Below are positions 1 to 11,117 of a stretch of DNA of 64,000 nucleotides, one piece after another (positions within the stretch are counted from its first letter, which is position 1; every line of letters begins with the position of its first letter). A program made the position numbers and the translations under genes. This DNA comes from Balanoglossus misakiensis (taxonomy: Eukaryota > Animalia > Hemichordata). Under the pieces are notes generated by a model. It was not told where the DNA came from. It worked only from the letters and a program-made list of their open reading frames with translations, and searched no databases. Location of the stretch: NCBI GenBank assembly GCA_040954595.2, contig CM082590.2, forward strand, positions 4,898,001 through 4,962,000. Direction: 5' to 3'.

Positions 1-143
1 CCTGTAGATTATTGTGCATGTTACAGAAGATTGACTTCAAAAGTACTGCATTTTAAAGTCGCCAGTACTTAGGAAGTACACCTATTGGGCAGCACTTTAA
101 ACCACTGCATCTTCTTCAAAACATGTATGTATTTATTGAGTGA

Positions 144-908
144 TTGGCTAATCAAGCTAACAAAGCGTTGACCCTGCTGTCAGTTGCCAGGTGGAAACTA
201 GGGTATTTGCAATTTGAATGTCACTTCAAGGTGTTTGATGCCATGATTTTACCCATTCTCTGTTATGGATCGGAGATTTGGGGTTTTCAGTTTTATGACA
301 TTATAGAAAAAGTGCAAAGAATTTTTCTAGGTGTGCCAAGGAGCACTACCAATGAAGCTGTAATTGGAGAATGTGGGCGGTTGCCAGTGTATGTTCACAC
401 AATGAAACGTTGTATTCGTTACTGGGTGAAACTTTTTGAGATGCCACAGGAAAGACTCCCTATCCAAGCATATTTAATGCTATGTAATCTTGACCGTTTA
501 GGCCGTCACACTTGGGCAACATCGGTGAAACACATTTTATTTTTGTATGGGTTCGGGCACGCCTGGATTTCCCAGGAAATAGCCAATAAGCGTTTGTTCC
601 ATTCAGCATTTGAGACAAGAATTTCAGATATTTTGAAGCAACAATGGAAGTCCCACTGTTCGTCCAAAACCAAACTCCGTACATACACACTTTTTAAATC
701 ATTGTTACAGCCTGAAAAGTATCTCAATGTCAACTGTACACGAAATGTCAAACAAATTCTTGCATGTTTTCGCTGTTCTGCCCTTCCTCTTGCAATAGAG
801 GAGGGAAGACATCAGAACGTGGACGTTTCAGAGAGACACTGTAGGCTATGCTCTGGTGAACAAATAGAAGACGAGTATCACTTTTTAACTTGTTTGCCCC
901 TTATATGA
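144..908 (+). pseudogene. C-terminal ORF2 fragment of the LINE (post-RT region plus zinc knuckle)
   Basis: Translation motifs as above. The frame is broken upstream and just after the zinc knuckle. Confidence 0.75.
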
Positions 909-1274
909 TAATCTTAGAAAACAATATATTGGTGACATTAAGAATCCTCACTTCCAAATGTTTGTAAATTTCATGAGTGCATCAGAATCCTCCAAGACTC
1001 TTTCGCTATGTAATTATGTTTACAATGCTTTTAAACTTAGAGAAACTGTGTGGGAAAAACCATGAATCCATACAATAAGCTGTTAAGTTCCTCACTTTGT
1101 ATCCTGAGTATGTAATTCCACACATTTGCTTTTTGATGTTGTCACTTGTACTATTTGAGTACATGTATTATTTAATTCTTTTTTGTACAATCTTCTGATT
1201 ACCTTTATACCCCCTTGCTTATGGGCTGGAGGCCTTGGAAAGCAATAAACGTGCACTGTTGTGCACCTGAACTG

Positions 1275-1301
1275 AACAACAACAACAACAACAACAACAA
1301 C
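1275..1301. repeat. (AAC)n microsatellite, probably the LINE 3' tail
   Basis: About 9 AAC units directly after the LINE 3' end. Confidence 0.85.
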
Positions 1302-1551
1302 CAGACAAACAAACAATCAATCAACAACAAAAACATAATTATTCACCCCAGGAAAATCAGTTTAGAGCCAAAAGTACTATTTCTTCTCTATAATCAGAAA
1401 AGTTGTTTGTACTTAGTTGAGTCATCAGCCTTTATATTCTGTTTTAGAAAACCGGAACATACGAGCATGTTTCCCCATTCTGGGCGTTTTTGGCCTTTAA
1501 TTTTTCATCATTGCTGGTGCTGGACATACACTGAATAAATTCAGACGTTAC

Positions 1552-1962
1552 CTGCATCTGCAGTGCAGTTCTTCGTCCCTGCCTGAGCAGCAGTGGTACC
1601 AAAATCAGCACAGGCCACGTTGTTGGTGACGTCATCACCCGTCACTGTGATTGAACCACAGACTTTGGTGTAGTCATCGCAGTTAGTCACGTCGAGGGTA
1701 AGTGACGCAACCAGATCGGCGTAGCTTCCGGACACCGTTACTGCTGTCCCGCCAGGTGCATTGCTCCCAGTCGCGGTCACTTCGGTTGATTTCGTGGAGC
1801 CATCGCCATTGCTGAAATACACTTTGACGTCACTAGGCGACCCGCCATTTCCAGTTACTGTATATGCCAATGTGAAAGTGGTGGAGACGGATTCTCCAAC
1901 GCGGAATATCCCACTTGCAGGAGCAGGCGATGTTACCGTCAATGTCGAAGCAGCAATATCAT
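1552..1962 (-). CDS. Internal exon encoding a ~137-aa Thr/Ser/Val-rich extracellular-type module with 4 Cys (possible beta-sandwich)
   Basis: On the minus strand: pyrimidine-rich acceptor ctttttAG, donor G|GTAAC, 411 bp, symmetric phase 1-1, open frame, higher GC than the flanks. Confidence 0.7.
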
Positions 1963-2048
1963 CTAAAAAGGAAGACATGGTGTTGCTCAGTTACTTTGCA
2001 CTTTCATTTGTGTTTCAAATTTAAATGGAGAAAGTCTCTCTCTCGCCG

Positions 2049-3848
2049 ACAAAATAGTGGTGTCAATATTGGCAGTGTTGAAATTAAGGAGTCGGCGTTC
2101 GCCGACGATATGACCTGTTTTTTATCAAATGAAAACTCTGTAAGAATTGTTTTTGAAATGTTAACTTCCTTTTATAATGCTTCTGGTTTGAAAGTCAACA
2201 AAGATAAGACAGAAGCTGTTTGGCTTGGGAAATGGAGACTTCGAAAACATGAGGCGTTCGGGGTAAAGTGGACCACCCCTACTATAAAGATTGTGGGGAT
2301 TCATTGTTCTTATAATGAAAAAATTGCCCAGGAAAAAATATTGTTATCCCAGTCGAACATCTCAAAAAGGTCCTCAATATGTGGAAAACTAGGAATTTGA
2401 CCATCGTTGGGAAAGTTCAAGTTATTAAGTCATTGGCAATTTCCAAATTAACGCATGTGCTTACACATGTAATTTTTCCTAATGAAGTAATAGGTCGGGT
2501 TCATAGGTTAATTTATAATTTTCTCTGGAATGGACAAGACCGGGTTCGCAGAAATGTAATGATAGGGGAGGTGGGCCAAAGATGCTTAAAAATGCCCAAT
2601 TTAGATTTGATGATAAAAACAAAGCAAGTATTACTGATTAAACGCCTGTTGAATGTGGAATGTAAACACCCTTGGAAACACTTTGTCTTACACAGTTTAG
2701 AGAAAGTCGGTGGAAAATTACTTTTTAAATGTAACTTCCGCACCAATCTTTTGCCTGTGCAAGTTTCCAGTTTTATAAATAATTGTCTTGTCACATGGTC
2801 AGAAATCAACATTATTCCAAATACTACAGACCAGGTGATTTGGAACAACAGAAATGTCCTTGTTAGAGGAAAGTCGGTATTTTATAAGGCTTTTTCTGAC
2901 GCTGGCTTTAATTTCATCTCTGACATGTTTACAGGTTTTAATAGAGTATCATGGTCTGTATTTGAGCAGAAAGGCCTGAATTTAAATCAGAAATTAAAGT
3001 GGTTAGGATTGACACTTTCTGTTCCAAACAAGTTAAAAATTGTGCCAAAGCACATAGTGCACATGAGCTTTGTATTTCATTGAATGGCACAATCTGTAAT
3101 TTAGACAATAACGAAAAAGAGTTTGAAATGTAATTTGAACGACCGTATTATAGAGACTCCAAAAAGTCAAGCAACACTGGAAAAAAATGTTGAATATGTT
3201 TAATCTAAACTTGGAAAAAATGTATGACTTCACTTACAAGTTATCAATACATTGTAAGGCTAGAGCTTTTCAATTTAAATTACTTCACAATATTTTGTAT
3301 ACAAACAAACAGCTAAACAGGTACAATCCACAGAAATTTCCAACTGCTCTTTGTGATTTATGTAAAGTGGAAACAGAGTCCATCGAGCATTTATTTCATA
3401 GTTGCAATTGTACTACTGCTCTCTGGAGGGACCTACTGTTTACGTTGGGTATCCCTCTTAAATGGAAGAAACCACCATCAGTGTTATGTATGGTTTTGGG
3501 TGACCCAAACGAGACTTTTATAGTCAATTTTATAGCAATGCAAGTTAGAATGTACATTTACTACTGTAAATTAAATAATCGAATTCCGAATATCACTGGG
3601 TTTATTGTTCAGCTCAAAAACATACATGAAATTGAACTTAAGATTGCAACTGCAAATCATAAAATGTATTTTCATCTTAAAAAATGGTTGTCACTTATGA
3701 GGTATATAACAAACTGAGAATACCAGATTGTTTTTTTTTCTCTTCTTTTCATTAAGTTATGCTTCCAAAAAATAATTGTCAAACTTTTTATAATCTACTT
3801 ATGTATCAAAATGACTGTTTGTTTTCCCAATAAAAAGTATTACAAAAA
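2049..3848 (+). mobile_element. 5'-truncated L1/Tx1-clade LINE with frameshifted ORF2 3' half
   Basis: FADD RT motif, WKTRNLT..GK...IKSL motif, CCHC (CDLC...EHLFHSC), AATAAA plus short poly(A). 18-bp TSD AAAGTCTCTCTCTCGCCG at 2031-2048 and 3849-3866. Confidence 0.92.
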
Positions 3849-3998
3849 AAAGTCTCTCTCTCGCCGCCATCGTACCGATTTGCACTGGTTTGGTCTGAGG
3901 GTCTCCTCATATAGGCCCTACTGATTAACACACACTTGGCAGTCTAACAGGCCTGGGAGCCAGGATTCAACCGACTTGGCAGTGTTAGGGTTAATTAA

Positions 3999-4692
3999 AG
4001 GGACAAAATAACTCTCTCGCTGCCCTTTTTCCATTAATTATGTTTGATACACCGTTTATGTTATTCTATATGTGGATATATAGTGAATAAACGTTCAACC
4101 ACACACATCTTCCATCCCGTCTGAAAGATAGGAGAGTAAAAATCTCGCCAAAATGTATAAATGGTAAACACCAATTATTCATTTTGGTGAGTTTTTCACT
4201 CGCGTGTCTGCAAGTGGGATGGAAGTTGTGTGTGGCCGAACGTTGATTCATTATATATCCACATGTAGAGTAAAATAAACAGTGTCTTGTATCAATCATA
4301 ATTAATAGAATAAGGGCAGCGAGAGAGTGACTTTGTCCTGGGAGGTGTGTGTGGTCAACGTTGATTCACTATATATCCACATGTAGAATAACAATAACAG
4401 TGTCTTGTATCAAACATAATTGATAGAAAAAGGGCAGAGAGAGAGAGACTTTGTCCTGGGAGATGTGTGTGGTCGAACATTGATTCACTATATATCCACA
4501 TGTAGAATAACATAAACGATGTCTTGTATTAAACATAATTAATAGAAAAAGGGCAGTGAGAGAGAGACTTTGTCCTGGGAGGTGTGTGTTGTCGAACGTT
4601 GATTCACTATATATCGACGCGTAGACTAACATTAACAGTGTCTTGTATCAAACATAATTAATAGAAAAAGGGCAGCGAGAGAGAGACTTTGT
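3999..4692. mobile_element. TTAA-flanked (Kolobok/T2-type) MITE with a tandemly amplified ~120-bp right arm
   Basis: The left end is TTAA|AGGGACAAA. Segment 4000-4110 is the inverted copy of a ~120-bp unit repeated about 4 times at 4215-4692. A complete right end (...GACTTTGTCCCT|TTAA) of the same family is at 24700-24768. Confidence 0.6.
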
Positions 4693-5977
4693 ATTCTGGA
4701 TAATTTCCTTGAGTCACCAGTGAGTCAGTGGTGCATCATATGGGCTTAGAGGGCACACTGACAGTGACAAAACTATACCCCAAAGTGTCTCTCGTTAACC
4801 CAATTTTCATTCTTATATGTACATGTTAGTTTTCGTTATTTTCGTTGTAAAGGGGGATTTTGAATACACGCAAAGTAACACTGCGTGTACACTTGTGTAT
4901 TAGTGGGAGGGGGAAGCACCTGGCTGGTTGACACACGGGGATTGACACTACTATTTGTTCTGTAGAAACCATGGGTGAGGGACTGAGATAATCTTTAACA
5001 TGTAAATAGGGGAAAAGCGATATCTGGAAAGAGGGGTGATAAAACATCCAAAAATACAAAACATAGTCCCCCTTTACATCAAAATGCTCTATTTCCTTAT
5101 TATTTGTGTCGATTTATTTCATGTCGCTTGAGATAAGCGTTGAGTCAAAGTTTATTACTGAACCAAAATGTCTGCGAAATATTGGCATTTATGCTTGAGA
5201 ATATTTCTTTTCTTCTTAATCCATATTTCTGTACTTGTAACAGGCGTCACTGATATCTAGATCGGAGATACCCTTCAGACCAATGGTCGCAAATCACGGC
5301 CTCTTTAAGGCAACAGTTTAAGCTAGAAGAGGATTCACGTTCCAAGTTAAACTCACTCACAGCCCCTCTCGCCGCCTACGCAGACCTATACATGTCATCT
5401 ATATCAACTCGACCAACACCGGTGTTACCTTCATGTATTGAGTGCTTATCCTGTGGTAAATGTTGAGGGCGCATCACTGTGCAACATGTAAAGATCCAAG
5501 TCTCGGTTACCCAGACTCCTCTGCTTCATCTGCTGCTCTCCAGAAAAGAGTCTGGGGAAATGCTATAGAACGATTTGTGAAAACAAAATGGCCGCTGTCA
5601 GGCTTCCCATCAATCGTTAATTGGCTGATCTGTCAGTATGACCTGGGTCACTGCAACTCGACTATACTAAAATGGCGATGTAACATGTAGTAAGTGACTC
5701 TTGGCAATGTGTGAGTTGTTGTCTTGTCACATCAAGAGACTGGTACTTGTTGGTTGTTGTGAACATTTCAGTTGAGTTGCCGATTTTTTTGTAAACATTT
5801 TCTTGTAAATTTTCCATGCACTAAATTTTTCTTGCACGACTAGGATTCACTTTTTTTCAGAAAATATGGCCCATTAACTGATTATTTGACATTCACAGTT
5901 TGACTCTTCCATTTTAATGATGTGATTTTCAGGTTTAAGTATAATAATAATATTTATTTCGCCAGAAAAACATAATG

Positions 5978-6130
5978 GACTGATCAGTTTCTTCAGCCTG
6001 GGGTGGATTCTATTTTGTTGATATCATAAAGTGACTAACCACCCCCTCATTGAATATTGAAAAGTGGGTGAGCACCTGATTCCAAAACAGGATGACCCCC
6101 CACCACCACCACCGTGTATCCAACCCCCTT
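5978..6130. mobile_element. Degraded copy of the Harbinger-type MITE found at 23910-24094
   Basis: Shares ggactg.tcagtttcttc.gcc.ggggtggattctattttg...ttccaaaacagg.tgacc with the intact copy. Confidence 0.6.
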
Positions 6131-6217
6131 CCCTCCGGAGAAACTATCCAGTCCCTAATGTTCAAAATTCAATGTTACAAATTCAGAAGCCATTACCTGT
6201 TGCTTTTCAGGAAAGAT

Positions 6218-8152
6218 TTGTTGATGGTGGGATTTCTTCTCACACTGGGCTCTACGAACATTCAAAACGCTGACAGAAGGAAACAGCTGTTAATGGTGGG
6301 ATTTCTTCTCACACTGGGCTCTACGAACATTCAAAACGCTGGCAGAAGGAAACAGCTGTTAATGGTGGGATGTCTTCTCACACTGGGCTCTACGAACATT
6401 CAAAACGCTGGCAGAAGGAAACACCTGTTAATGGTGGGATGTCTTCTCACACTGGGCTCTACGAACATTCAAAACGCTGGCAGAAGGAAACAGCTGTTAA
6501 TGGTGGGATTTCTTCTCACACTGGGCTCTACGAACATTCAAAACGCTGACAGAAGGAAACAGCTGTTAATGGTGGGATTTCTTCTCACACTGGGCTCTAC
6601 GAACATTCAAAACGCTGACAGAAGGAAACAGCTGTTAATGGTGGGATTTTTTCTCACACCGGGCTCTACGAACATTCAAAACGCTGACAGAAGGAAACAG
6701 CTGTTAATGGTGGGATTTCTTCTCACACTGGGCTCTACGAACATTCAAAACGCTGACAGAAGGAAACAGCTGTTAATGGTGGGATTTCTTCTCACACTGG
6801 GCTCTACGAACATTCAAAACGCTGACAGAAGGAAACAGCTGTTAATGGTGGGATTTCCTCTCACACCGGGCTCTACGAACATTCAAAACGCTGACAGAAG
6901 GAAACAGCTGTTAATGGTGGGATTTCTTCTCACACCGGGCTCTACGAACATTCAAAACGCTGACAGAAGGAAACAGCTGTTAATGGTGGGATTTCCTCTC
7001 ACACTGGGCTCTACGAACATTCAAACCGCTGACAGAAGGAAACATCTGTTAATGGCGGGATGTCTTCTCACACTGGGCTCTACGAACATTCAAAACGCTG
7101 ACAGAAGGAAACAGCTGTTAATGGTGGGATTTCCTCTCACACCGGGCTCTACGAACATTCAAAACGCTGACAGAAGGAAACAGCTGTTAATGGTGGGATT
7201 TCTTCTCACACTGGGCTCTACGAACATTCAAAATGCTGACAGAAGGAAACAGCTGTTAATGGTGGGATTTCTTCTCACACTGGGCTCTACGAACATTCAA
7301 AACGCTGACAGAAGGAAACAGCTGTTAATGGTGGGATTTCTTCTCATACTGGGCTCTACGAACATTCAAAACGCTGACAGAAGGAAACCGCAGGTAATGG
7401 TGGGATTTCTTCTCACACCGGGCTCTACGAACATTCAAAACGCTGACAGAAGGAAACAGCTGTTAATGGTGGGATTTCTTCTCACACAGGGCTCTAAGAA
7501 CATTCCAAACGCTGACAGAAGGAAACAGCTGTTAATGGTGGGATTTCTTCTCACACTGGGCTCTACGAACATTCAAAGCGCTGACAGAGGGAAACCGCAG
7601 TTAATGGTGGGATTTCTTCTCACACTGGGCTCTACGAACATTCAAAACGCTGACAGAGGGAAACAGATGTTAATGGTGGGATGTCTTCTCACACCGGGCT
7701 CTACGAACATTCAAAACGCTGACAGAGGGAAACAGCTGTTAATGGCGGGATGTCTTCTCACACTGGGCTCTACGAAGATTCAAACCGCTGACAGAAGGAA
7801 ACGGCTGTTAATGGCGGGATGTCTTCTCACACTGGGCTCAAAGAACATTCAAAACACTGACAGAAGGAAACATCTGTTAATGGTGGGATGTCTTCTCACA
7901 CCGGGCTCTACGAACATTCAAAACGCTGACAGAAGGAAACAGCTGTTAATGGTGCGATTTCTTCTCACACTGGGCTCTACGAACATTCAAAACGCTGACA
8001 GAGGGAAACCGCAGTTAATGGTGGGATTTCTTCTCACACTGGGCTCTACGAACATTCAAAACGCTGACAGAGGGAAACAGCTGTTAATGGTGGGATTTCT
8101 TCTCACACTGGGCTCTACGAACATTCAAAATGCTGACAGAAGGATACAGCTG
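6218..8152. repeat. 69-bp minisatellite, about 28 copies
   Basis: Unit ctgttaatggtgggatttcttctcacactgggctctacgaacattcaaaacgctgacagaaggaaacag. The 689-aa ORF is its 23-aa periodic translation. Confidence 0.97.
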
Positions 8153-11117
8153 TCTTGTTAACAGAATAACACATTACGCATTTTATATTATTGAATACAT
8201 TGATCATGCAAGTTTCACTTTATTTATTTATTACAAAACAATGAGATGTAACACAAAATGCATAACCATTTTAGAAACCTTTTTCAGCATGTAAACCATG
8301 CAACTGCAAAAGAAAGCAAATTTCTGGAAGTGTTACTTGTTTTCATTTCACTATATTATGTTGTAGATTAACATCTGTGCTTTAACAGCAAATGCTTTCT
8401 CTGATGTAATATAAAATCCTAATATTGAAAAATAAGTATTTATTGAGATGTTATATTTCATGCTGCCAATCTGAGTAAATTTGTAATTTTACTGAAAAGT
8501 TACAAAATATTGGTATTTAAATTGCCATATGACACAACAATAAAGCTAAAGTTACAATCCACAATCAGAATTACAAAATTAAAACAACAAAGAAAATTGA
8601 CTATGAATTATCAGTTCAAACATAAATGAAAAATATGTTGCTATTAAATGAACTTATATGGAAGATAATGTGTTTGAATTCTATAAAATCGCAGTTTTCA
8701 ATGTTTCAATCCCAATGTCATAAAACACACTTTTTTATTCAGGGCAGTTCAGTTGTTGTTTTTAAGGCCTCCTCTAATGGGACCACTATTATCAAACTTT
8801 CACTTGACATTTCTGAAATGCTTTAATTACTTTTCTGTTGGCAGATACATGTATACTCTAAAAAGAATGTTAGCAACAGTAAACATAGGTAGATAACTGA
8901 TGTTATAATGAGATTAATTGGCATCACTTTACTATATAAAACACAATACCTGATATGAATATATATTTCTCTATTAGATATATTACTGTCAGTATACAGC
9001 TGTCTTCACTATTGTATACCACTGCCGTCTTTCCATATTGCTTGAGTATTAACATTTCATGACAGAGACAGCCACATTAAAACAGAAATGCAGTCATGAA
9101 AATCTGCAATTTGCATATTGTTTTGAAGACTCGTAAACAGAGAGTTCAAATGAGGGGTAAATTCAGTGTGTTCTACAAGAATTAAATACAAACAAAGTTG
9201 TCTTATTCATTACAGCTGTCCCTGACACAGATGTACACATGGCCAATACGGGCACTGGCTAAACACATCTGTTTGACCCACGTCTATTCACTTTACAAGT
9301 TTACCTTCACACTGATAAGCTAGGGATTGACCAACCAGGTTAACATATTCGGGGAAAATGTGCTTAAAGCAGAGAAGGGATGCTTTTACAGGAACAACAT
9401 CGAAAACAAAAGGATCAGATCAGACTGAATAATCCAAGCTGGCCAGTTTCTGTGTGGGGGATATTTGTAAGGTGAATTTACAAGCTTGATACTTCACACA
9501 TTTGGTTTTGTAAAACACAATGTAGAAAACATTAATATAAAAAGCTTTTAAAAGGAAACATACGGTAACATTAACTGTGACTTGGGAGTATTACCAATTT
9601 GTGTATATTGAAAATAACTGTAGCAATAACAATAAGCTGTGGTTTAAGTATTTTATCGACAAATATATCAGAAAGTATCAGAACAACCTTGGTTATTGAG
9701 CTGTCTTAAAAACAAAATCTGCTTTAAGTTTTTTGTCCTATTACTGAATATTCAAGCAGATATTGTCATTGCAATTAACCTTGTCCCTGCTGGATCAATG
9801 GATAAAGAGAACACTGAGTTAACATGAAATAAAGTCTGTCCCCACATGTCTGAGTAATGGTTCCATACAAAAGGATTCACTGACAGACGGAATGTTATCT
9901 TTAAGACAGCTGGTTTGGATCCAAGGGAATGAAATGAAATCACTATATGCCATTTCTGTCAAGATTATAGTACATCAATTACATTTTGCATATATCACAT
10001 GTTGATATGCATAATTGAAGACATTAAACTTATGACAGATAAGCATTAAAACACTGCATACATTTTCAGAGAAAAAATACGAGTCACAAGAAAAAAAAGG
10101 CAAGTATTATACTAACACACCAAAAACTGCCTTGTATTGATAAACTTAGCCCGAAAGTTGCAAATGAATGTTTAAATGAAAACATTCATGATTCAAGAGG
10201 ACATTAAAACATGAAATTCTTGATAGTTTTAAAAACGCAAGTTACATAATTCTACATTGATGCACAATTCATATTAGAACTTGGTGTAAAGACAGACAAT
10301 CTCCTTCTCTCTCTATTAAACATATATTTGGCTACATATCGAGAGAATGTGTTTAATGCCAGTTGTGGTATACTAGTCTATAAAAGAAATCACCACTTAA
10401 AATGCAAAAATAAATTGAGATACTCCCATCCAATTAACCTGGGTCATTTGATTATGTTACAAATGCAACCTCAAAGTGAATTTTCTCGCAAGAAGATTGA
10501 AAGGCCACATTTTTGTTTATCAAATCATAGGATTGGTCTCTGCACAGAGGATACTGCATGAGCAGTGTTCCCATCATATAGCGAGTGCTTAAAACGTCAT
10601 TTCATCTAGTTATCTGTGACTATGCTTTTTGGCCTATGAACATATGGTGAAGGAGTGTCTAACTGAAGATCTATTGTATAATTTCCTACAGTCACCTAAA
10701 AACAATGCCTACTATTTCTAACCACAGATCAAACATGAAATATTTCACTCTTTTGTCTAAATTTGACATTGTTGGAACTGTTCTGGGGATGTATCCGAAT
10801 AAAATGTATATAAGTAGTATTCCTTGTACTTGGAAATAATGTCACAACTCTGCCATTATATACACAATGGGAAATGCAGTTACTGTGTAGTACATGTGTG
10901 GCCAGATGCAAATTCTGTAATGTTTGGAATCTACCAGTCTTGCGCCCTCATGAGATGTTTGAGAGTACATTGTGGATGCTAGGGTGTATTGATGGAAATG
11001 TTCGATTTATGTTTTGGTAACATTCATGCACATGTATTGTGGTATCACAGATACAATACCGTATGTTAACGTAGAGTATTGTGATAATCTTTGGGTGACA
11101 CCCACATCAGTATGTCT

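Larger units (their letters stand above)
1..1301 (+). mobile_element. 3' end of an RTE-X-like non-LTR retrotransposon, degraded and cut by the window edge
   Basis: ORF 144-908 has the post-RT LINE motifs ILPILCYGSEIWG, KLRTY..FK....EKYL, FRCS..PLAIEEGR and CxxC...EDEYHFL..C. It is followed by an AT-rich 3' UTR, AATAAA (~1244) and a CTGAA/(AAC)n tail. The clade call rests on motif memory. Confidence 0.7.

Noticed and set aside
6092-8161. 689-aa protein
   Set aside because: It is a periodic translation of a minisatellite, and its start lies within a MITE remnant. Kept only as a low-interest note.
8160-11100. Short ORFs downstream of the ROCO stop
   Set aside because: AT-rich with no domain motifs; most likely 3' UTR and intergenic DNA.
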